The translations under genes were made by a program, and so were the position numbers. Positions 18,355 to 25,139 of a stretch of 64,000 bases of DNA are shown in pieces (positions within the stretch are counted from its first letter, which is position 1; each line of letters starts with the position of its first letter). The notes beneath the pieces were generated by a model. The model did not search any database and was not told where the DNA came from. It saw only the letters and a list, made by a program, of their open reading frames with translations. Location: the NCBI GenBank assembly GCA_937872095.1, contig CALMNW010000014.1, positions 18,512-82,511 on the forward strand. The letters run 5' to 3'. The DNA is from an uncultured Verrucomicrobiota bacterium. Lineage in GTDB: Bacteria > Verrucomicrobiota > Kiritimatiellia > CAIQIC01 > Lenti-01.

Positions 18355-19104
18355 TCTTTTCCCCCTTTGCTGTCCTTGCGCCTTTGCGAGAATAGGCTCT
18401 CCCGGCTCGAAAAATCGCGGCTCATGCCCCCAAACGGCCAAGCCGAAGAATTCTCTCGCAGAGAACGCCAAGTCCGCCAAGAACCCTCTGGTTTGCCTGT
18501 AGCCGCTTCGCGAACTTTGCGTTCTTGGCGAGAAATCGGCTGTTGGAGGTGTTTATGGCCAATTTTGAGGCACTCACGCCCTGGCGGGACAATTTTCGGC
18601 CCCAAAATCGAAAAAACGACTAAAAATGGGCCCAAAATGGATCTGACGACCTCGAAAACCGCCCATTCTGGGTACGCCGAGCGTCCGCTCGGCTGTTTTT
18701 CGTCGTTTCAACCCGTTCCAAGCCCCCCTGTAGGCCACCACGGTGGGGTGGCCCGTCCCAAACGGGTCGCTCCCTCCTTCCGGTCCTGTTTTCCTGCCCA
18801 TTTCCTGTTTTCCTGCTGAAAATCCCCGTTTTCATCGACCGCAAATCAACGCAAATGGACGCAAATGGACCCCGACGGCCCTCAAAACCGAAAATCTGAC
18901 CACGGATGAACACGGATTGGGCTTTTTCGGCCCTCAAAACCGTCAGCCGACCGCCCACCGGCCCCGCTACCCCATTGCAGACTTGCCAGACGATCCATTT
19001 TCCGCCATGATTTTGTCGCCAGCCAAAGAACTATGTATTCCGATCCGTCGGGACCGCTTCAAAGAGCTGATTTTATAGTACGACAACCCCCTTATCTGAC
19101 CAAT

Positions 19105-19131
19105 TTGAAGCTTACTTATCGATGGTAAAAT
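19105..19131 (+). promoter_or_regulatory. Putative sigma-70 promoter with extended -10 for the TIR cassette
   Basis: -35 'TTGAAG' (19105-19110), 15-nt spacer, 'TGgTAAAAT' (19123-19131). RBS 'AAGGA' before the ATG at 19162. Confidence 0.35.
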
Positions 19132-19161
19132 ATATCCTCTTAGCCACATAAGGAATATGCG

Positions 19162-19899
19162 ATGACCAGTCCTGTAGCATTTATATCCTATTCTCACGAT
19201 TCTCAGGAACACAAGAAGTGGGTCCTCGACTTCGCCACACGGCTACGAAACAGCGGAATCGACGCGGTGCTCGACCAGTGGGAACTTCAGCCGGGCGATG
19301 ACATTCCGCACTTCATGGAAACGCATCTCGCCCGCGCCGAACGCGTGCTCATGATCTGTACTGAACGCTATGTCCAAAAGGCCAACTCCGGTTCCGGCGG
19401 TGTCGGCTACGAAAAGATGATCGTTACCTCAGAATTGCTCAAGCGCATCGACAGCAATAAGGTCATCCCGATCATACGGCAGCAGGGGACACACCAAGTG
19501 CCGACATTTCTGAAGTCAAAGCTATTCATTGACTTCTCCCGTGACGAGGAGGCTGAATTCGGTTTCGATGAACTTCTCCGAGCTCTCCATGGTGCACCGC
19601 TATTCGCCAAACCCCCCATAGGTAATAGTCCATTCACGCCAATCGGCGATCTCCCTGAAGAGCGAACGGGAGATCCGGTGCGCAAGCTAATGGAAGTTGT
19701 TGTAGCGGACTTCGAAGCAAGCCATTTAAGGTACACAAAGTACGAGGATGTTCGCCTCGTTGTCGGCATGTCGAGAATCATGCTGGACGCGGTAATAGCG
19801 CAGGCGAAGGAAAACGGCCTCATAACGCAGGATTCAGACGGCGATGTCCGTTTGACAGATGTGGGCAAGCAGTACGCACTCAGGCACAAGTTGGTGTGA
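19162..19899 (+). CDS. Soluble TIR/SEFIR-like domain protein with C-terminal winged-helix-like domain
   Basis: 'VAFISYSHDSQEHKKWVLDFATRLRNSGIDAVLDQWELQPGDDIPHFM', 'RVLMICTERY', 'GGVGYEKM', 'KVIPIIRQ'. C-terminal 'MSRIMLDAVIAQAKENGLITQDSDGDVRLTDVGKQY'. Confidence 0.75.
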   Translation: MTSPVAFISYSHDSQEHKKWVLDFATRLRNSGIDAVLDQWELQPGDDIPHFMETHLARAERVLMICTERYVQKANSGSGGVGYEKMIVTSELLKRIDSNKVIPIIRQQGTHQVPTFLKSKLFIDFSRDEEAEFGFDELLRALHGAPLFAKPPIGNSPFTPIGDLPEERTGDPVRKLMEVVVADFEASHLRYTKYEDVRLVVGMSRIMLDAVIAQAKENGLITQDSDGDVRLTDVGKQYALRHKLV

Positions 19900-20087
19900 T
19901 CTGACTAGCAGATGACCAACACCCATATCGGGCACACCATAGATATACAGACTAAAATATATGTTGCAACATTCTGGGGGGCCAACAAATAACAAGCACA
20001 TAAAGGCCAGCATTCGATTGCAGGATACGCCCAATAAAGTGTCGGGTCCCCTAAACTGTGGCATTGGCTAAGAGATGAGAAGATAGG

Positions 20088-20513
20088 ATGCGAGACATAA
20101 TCCTACAGCCGTATTTCTTGTATATCGCCGTGCCTCTTGTGACGGTAGCCCTTGGTGTCTTCCTTAAAATCGTCACCCGGAATGACCAGCACACTGCATT
20201 CAAGAAAGATGACCTCGCTGTCGGACTCAATATCTCGATCACTGCCCTCATCATGTTCATCACATACAGCGTCCGGCTTGCCCACCAACTAAAGTCACAG
20301 AATCCGCAGGCTCTCGCCCAGTCTGCTGACAGGTTGGTCATGGTTCCTTGGGTTCTCTTGGCGTTTCTGGTTGGGATTTGGTGCGTGTCCACCCTGGTTC
20401 GAAAGGTCGGATGGAAGTCCGATTCAGAACTACGTGTGTTCTGGGGTATCATCGTGCCCGACATTTTCGGGATTGTGTCGCTAATCTTCGTCGTGAATTG
20501 GATTGGAAGGTGA
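20088..20513 (+). CDS. Minimal four-TM membrane protein (141 aa), unknown function
   Basis: Four hydrophobic segments ('FLYIAVPLVTVALGVFL', 'LNISITALIMFITY', 'VMVPWVLLAFLVGIWCV', 'IIVPDIFGIVSLIFVV'). Its stop is coupled to the next gene (TGAtATG). Confidence 0.55.
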   Translation: MRDIILQPYFLYIAVPLVTVALGVFLKIVTRNDQHTAFKKDDLAVGLNISITALIMFITYSVRLAHQLKSQNPQALAQSADRLVMVPWVLLAFLVGIWCVSTLVRKVGWKSDSELRVFWGIIVPDIFGIVSLIFVVNWIGR

Positions 20514-20514
20514 T

Positions 20515-21114
20515 ATGAACATGCAAACACAACTCAGAGACCGTAGACGGATCGAGATCGCTCTGTATCTTTTGGGCGCACTCTCTTCGGTCACGGTCTT
20601 CGCTGTCTTTGCCAATAATGTTCTATCCTCGTGGCATTCGCCGACGATTCTCGGCGTCGTGGGTTCTGTACTCGGCGCCCTTGTGGCGTTCGCCGTCTCG
20701 CTGCTTCTCCCCCGCCGCAAAATAACCGTCTTCATCACCCACATCGCGAAAGACCGGGCGATCGTCATGAAGGTGCGAGAAGCCCTTCAGATCTATGGTA
20801 TCAGGACCGTTACGGGTGATGATGTTGTCATGGTTGGGGATGAAATCTCCAAGAAGATCAGCAACGCAATCATTGAAGCGGATTTTCTCGTGGTCATCCT
20901 TTCTCAAGAGGCGACAAAGTCAGACTGGATGAAACAAGAAATCGCCAAAGCCATTGAAAACCACAAGCGGATTTTCCCCGTTCTCGCCGAGAACGCTGAA
21001 ATCCCCGAAGACTTAAGAGCTTTACGTTTTGCGGATCTCAGAACGGATGACAAGAAAGAGTTGCCACTTCTCGCCCGATCCTTGCGGAATGCAGCCCGGA
21101 GCGAGAGAAATTGA
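20515..21114 (+). CDS. Membrane-anchored (2 TM) TIR-domain protein
   Basis: TM helices 'IALYLLGALSSVTVFAVFA' and 'ILGVVGSVLGALVAFAVSLLL'. TIR_2-like 'ITVFITHIAKD', 'EADFLVVILSQEATKSDWMKQEI', 'RIFPVL'. Confidence 0.75.
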   Translation: MNMQTQLRDRRRIEIALYLLGALSSVTVFAVFANNVLSSWHSPTILGVVGSVLGALVAFAVSLLLPRRKITVFITHIAKDRAIVMKVREALQIYGIRTVTGDDVVMVGDEISKKISNAIIEADFLVVILSQEATKSDWMKQEIAKAIENHKRIFPVLAENAEIPEDLRALRFADLRTDDKKELPLLARSLRNAARSERN

Positions 21115-21125
21115 GAACAAAGGAA

Positions 21126-21195
21126 AAGGGGTCAGATAAGGGGTCAGGATAAGGGGTCAGGAAAAGGGGTCAGTCCTATAAGGAAAAGGGGTCAG
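21126..21195 (+). repeat. Array of five AAGGGGTCAG decamers (spacings 12, 13, 13, 22 bp) followed by TATAAT-like boxes
   Basis: Copies at 21126, 21138, 21151, 21164 and 21186. The longer unit 'aggaaaaggggtcagtcctata' occurs twice. 'tataatttataattt' follows. Confidence 0.8.
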
Positions 21196-21258
21196 TCCTA
21201 TAATTTATAATTTCGCCCTTTCGACCAGTAAGCCGCGCCTCAGATCCGATTCATCAGG

Positions 21259-21855
21259 TTGAAACTCGTTCCACATAATTTCGCTTTTGGGATAAGCCTC
21301 GCCGTCGTGGCGTGCCTGTTCACGTCATGCACCTGCCTTATCATGGATAAAGGCGTGATGCCACGGTCGGCAAACGGACATACCCGAGAATGGGTCCACG
21401 ACAACTACGGCCAGCCCATCCGGCAAGGCCCCGCCGAAGAGGCGCTCGAAATCAAAATATCCCCGACCACCGCATGGGGAGAGATCAACGGCCCGTTCGC
21501 CGGCTACGAAGTGGTCCCGATCCGAGGTCCATATGCCGAGACCGACGAGACCAAGCAGCTCGAAATGCTGTACGTGGCGGCATTCACCTTGGGGATCTCG
21601 GAACTCGTGACCTTCCCCGCCGAACTTCTCAAACGGGGCGTGGAATGGAGCATTCGCAGAAAGTTTCTCCTGCTCTACGACTCGAACTCGAAGGTCGTTT
21701 GCGTCTGCGACATGGAATACGACGACGGGAAGTACCCTCTCAAATATATTCGGGCGCGCAACGATGGCGTCGATCCCGCCACGTTGGAATCGATGCTTGC
21801 TGCTTCGGAAAAGTCCGAATCAAGGCCCTCCCGCAGGCGGTTTCACCGCCGATAA
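21259..21855 (+). CDS. Hypothetical lipoprotein
   Basis: TTG start. The signal-like 'FAFGISLAVVACLFTSC' has a lipobox-like Cys. No recognisable domain. Confidence 0.45.
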   Translation: MKLVPHNFAFGISLAVVACLFTSCTCLIMDKGVMPRSANGHTREWVHDNYGQPIRQGPAEEALEIKISPTTAWGEINGPFAGYEVVPIRGPYAETDETKQLEMLYVAAFTLGISELVTFPAELLKRGVEWSIRRKFLLLYDSNSKVVCVCDMEYDDGKYPLKYIRARNDGVDPATLESMLAASEKSESRPSRRRFHRR

Positions 21856-21862
21856 TCGGCTC

Positions 21863-22032
21863 AAGCCGCGATTCCCCTCGCCCCTAGGCGAGCATTGGGG
21901 ATTGAGCGCGGAAATCCAGCCTGAAGGCTGGACTACGAACTAGGGCCGTACGTAGTACACGCTTCAGCGTGGATCTTTTGAAATCATTCTCCGTGCCCTC
22001 CGCGTCTCCGCGTGAGAACGGATTGCCGATCC
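21863..22032 (+). repeat. Intergenic repeat family B, copy 1 (first half only)
   Basis: 'aagccgcgattcccctcgccc...ggaaatccagcctgaaggctggactacgaac...ctccgcgtgagaacggatt'. Confidence 0.8.
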
Positions 22033-22202
22033 TCGCCGGGGCCATCGCCCCCGACGACAACGGGACCGGAGCCGCCCGCCGACGGGAACGCGTGTAGCGT
22101 TGACATTCTTGGGGTTGCGCGTAAAATCCAGCCTGACAAGATCCCAACAAATCATAAACGCCGGCGGTCTCGAGACATAACGCCATATCCAACAGGAGAA
22201 TC

Positions 22203-24101
22203 ATGAGCATATTCAAGTCGGTCCCCGCGCGCATCATGACGGCCTCCGCATTTTCCTTGCTGGCCATCGCCGCCCAGGCCGCCCAGCTGGGTACCCGCCA
22301 ACAAACGATCCTGCCCCTCGCCGTGCCGCCGGAAACGCCGGCGATCGCCCCGTCGAATGTGTCCCAATACCTGACCACCCCGTACGGCACGTGGACGCTG
22401 GGCACCGGCACGAACGAAGGCCAGAACCTCGCGCTGATGCCGGCCGGCTATGCCGGCGCGACGAATGCCGCGCGGCTTCTGGCGTTCTTCTCCATAAGCG
22501 ACGTCCACATCACCGACAAGGAATCCCCCGCCCAGGTGCCCTACGTCGGCTGGCGCGCGGGCTTCCAGGAAAGCGGCCCCGGCGGACTGAACCAATCGGC
22601 CTATTCGCCCGCCATGCTCTACTCGACCTTCCGCCTCGATGCCGCCGTCCGGACCATCAACGCCCTGCACCGGCTGGCTCCGTTCGATTTCGGCATGGTG
22701 CTGGGCGACATTTGCAACTCTTCCCAATACAACGAACTCCGCTGGTTCATCGACGTCATGGACGGACAGTACATCGTCCCCAGTTCCGGCGACCACGCCG
22801 GCGCCGACGACGTCGATTACCAGATGCCCTTCCAGGCCGCCGGGCTCGACCGCTCCATCCCCTGGTACGAGGCCATCGGCAACCACGACCAATATTGGAT
22901 GGGCATCGGCCTGCCGACCCCGAAAATCCAGCAGGCCTTGATCGGCAGCAACGTCCTCGAAATCTCCACCAACGGCCCGTTGTACCCGAACGGGTCCGAG
23001 GGCACCGGCATGTACGGGGGCACGGTGGACGGCTCCACGCCCTACGGCGACGTGGTCGATTGGGGGCCGACGAACCTGTTCGCGACGCCCCCGACGGTCG
23101 CCGCCGACACGAACCGCCACACCATCACGCAGGACAGCACGTCGCCCACGAATTTCGTGCGCGAGTTCTTCAACACCGCGACCTTGCCGCAGGGGCACGG
23201 CTTCAACCTGGCCGAAACCAATGCGGGCAGCCTGGCGGCGTGCTACGTGTTCGAGCCGCTGACGAACGTGCCGATCAAGATGATCGTGCTCGACGACACC
23301 TGCAAAACGAACAAGCCGGGCCAGTTGCCGACGTATTACGGCGGCGGCTGGGTCGATGCGGCGCGCTACGCGTGGCTCACCAACGAACTCCAAAAAGGCC
23401 AGGACGCGGACCAGCTCATGATCGTCGCCTGCCATATCCCCATCAACCCGCAAGCCAATCTGTTCGACACCAACCAGTCCCCCGGCCGGGCGTTCTACGT
23501 CGATCCCGGCAATGAAACCGAAACGAACTTGATCGCCACCCTGCAGCGGTATCCGAATCTCCTGATGGTGATCGCCGGGCACCGCCATTTGAGCGTGGTG
23601 ACGCCGTTCCCCTCGCCGGACCCGGACCATCCGGAAAACGGCTTCTGGGAGGTGGAAATCCCCTCGCTGCGGGACTTCCCCCAGCAATTCCGCACCTTGG
23701 AGATCCTCCGCAACGCCGACAACAGCGTTTCCATCCTGACGACCTGCGTGGACCCCGTGGCCGAATCCAACTCGCCCACCTGGAAGGCGCTGGGCTACGC
23801 CGTCGGCGCCTGCCGGCTGTTCGGCCTCAACGCCCTCGACGACACGTCCTCGCACACGTACAACGTGGAGCTGGTCAAGCAACTGACCCCCGCCATGCAG
23901 GCGAAGATCGCCGCATGCGGCGAACCGCTGGGCCGCAAGGTGGCCATCGACTCGACCGGGACGAACGCGGAAATCCATTTCCTGGGCGACTTGCAAGCCA
24001 CGACCAACGTCGCGAGCGGTTCCTGGGACGTCGTGGCCCAGGACAGCCCCTACGTCGCGGACGAAACGAATCGCGCCGCATTCTACCGCTCGGCGGAATA
24101 G
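22203..24101 (+). CDS. Secreted calcineurin-like metallophosphoesterase (large, TIGR03768-like family, from memory)
   Basis: Signal peptide 'MTASAFSLLAIAAQAAQ'. Motifs 'FFSISDVHITD', 'LGDICN', 'AIGNHD', 'VACHIPI', 'IAGHRHL'. Confidence 0.8.
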   Translation: MSIFKSVPARIMTASAFSLLAIAAQAAQLGTRQQTILPLAVPPETPAIAPSNVSQYLTTPYGTWTLGTGTNEGQNLALMPAGYAGATNAARLLAFFSISDVHITDKESPAQVPYVGWRAGFQESGPGGLNQSAYSPAMLYSTFRLDAAVRTINALHRLAPFDFGMVLGDICNSSQYNELRWFIDVMDGQYIVPSSGDHAGADDVDYQMPFQAAGLDRSIPWYEAIGNHDQYWMGIGLPTPKIQQALIGSNVLEISTNGPLYPNGSEGTGMYGGTVDGSTPYGDVVDWGPTNLFATPPTVAADTNRHTITQDSTSPTNFVREFFNTATLPQGHGFNLAETNAGSLAACYVFEPLTNVPIKMIVLDDTCKTNKPGQLPTYYGGGWVDAARYAWLTNELQKGQDADQLMIVACHIPINPQANLFDTNQSPGRAFYVDPGNETETNLIATLQRYPNLLMVIAGHRHLSVVTPFPSPDPDHPENGFWEVEIPSLRDFPQQFRTLEILRNADNSVSILTTCVDPVAESNSPTWKALGYAVGACRLFGLNALDDTSSHTYNVELVKQLTPAMQAKIAACGEPLGRKVAIDSTGTNAEIHFLGDLQATTNVASGSWDVVAQDSPYVADETNRAAFYRSAE

Positions 24102-24127
24102 GCGCGGGGAAAAGCCCGGCGGCAAAT

Positions 24128-24403
24128 AAGCCGCGATTCCCCTCGCCCTCAGATGCGCAAGGGGGATTGAGCGCGGAAATCCAGCCTGAAGGCTGGACTA
24201 CGAACTGGGCCGTATGTCGTACACGCTTCAGCGTGGGTCTTGTGAAATCATCCTCCGTGCCCTCCGCATCTCCGCGTGAGAACGGATTTTCGATCCCCAA
24301 CCCAGAAACTCTCTCGCCAAGCGCGCCAAGACCGCCAAGCGGCCTCCGCTCCGCTACCCCTTCTTTGCGCCCTCCGCGTTCTTTGCGAGAGGAATTCTTC
24401 CGG
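24128..24403 (+). repeat. Intergenic repeat family B, copy 2 (full, ~276 bp)
   Basis: Near-identical to 24643-24920. Contains the hairpin 'tccagcc tgaa ggctgga'. Confidence 0.85.
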
Positions 24404-24642
24404 CTGAAAGGTCGGGACGGCTCTCCGAGCCGTCCGGGCTGTTGGATTTGAAGAGCGGACGCCTCGGAGAGGCATCCCTACCTAAAACAAATCCTGAGAA
24501 CGGATTTTCGATCCCCGTTGAAGATGGAATATTGATCATTGGATATTGAATATTGAGATCCCCCGCCTCAAATCCCGCCGGGGATACAACCCCGGCCTAC
24601 ACCGACCTCGGACTTCCGACCTCCGACCTCGGGCAGCAAACG

Positions 24643-24920
24643 AGCCGCGATTCCCCTCGCCCCCAGATGCGCACGGGGGAATGCGCCTGGCGGAAATCCA
24701 GCCTGAAGGCTGGACTACGAACTGGGCCGTATGTCGTACACGCTTCAGCGTGGGTCTTGTGAAATCATCCTCCGTGCCCTCCGCATCTCCGCGTGAGAAC
24801 GGATTTTCGATCCCCAACCCAGAAACTCTCTCGCCAAGCGCGCCAAGACCGCCAAGCAGCCTCCGCTCCGCCACCCCTTCTTTGCGCCCTCCGCGTCCTT
24901 TGCGAGAGGAAATCTTCCGG
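24643..24920 (+). repeat. Intergenic repeat family B, copy 3 (full, ~278 bp)
   Basis: Near-identical to 24128-24403, offset 515 bp. A further 22-bp fragment lies at 25041-25062. Confidence 0.85.
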
Positions 24921-25139
24921 ATGATCGATGTTGTCTTTTTTGTAGCTGGCCCCGTTGGGGCCGGCCATGAAGAGAAAACACCGGCCTCAGCAAGGCCGGC
25001 TACAATGGAGCCGAACAGTCTGCCGCCCGCGGCGGCAGATAAGCCGCGATTCCCCTCGCCCCGAGGGCTTCGTTTTCTGTGATTGCCCCCGGGGCGGTCC
25101 CGCGCTATTTTTTCGGGACGTTTTGTCTATAGGAGCAAC

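Noticed and set aside
24128-24920. Possible CRISPR array (two repeats with a 515-bp period)
   Set aside because: The repeat unit is about 276 bp with only two full copies. The spacing and size are incompatible with CRISPR, and no cas genes are present.
23915-25082. Two near-identical 178-aa ORFs (23915-24451, 24546-25082) and several 60-140-aa ORFs in this region
   Set aside because: They are translations of the family B repeat copies. There is no start context, the sequence is proline/serine/arginine-rich, and the same DNA occurs truncated at 21863-22032. I treated them as non-coding repeats.
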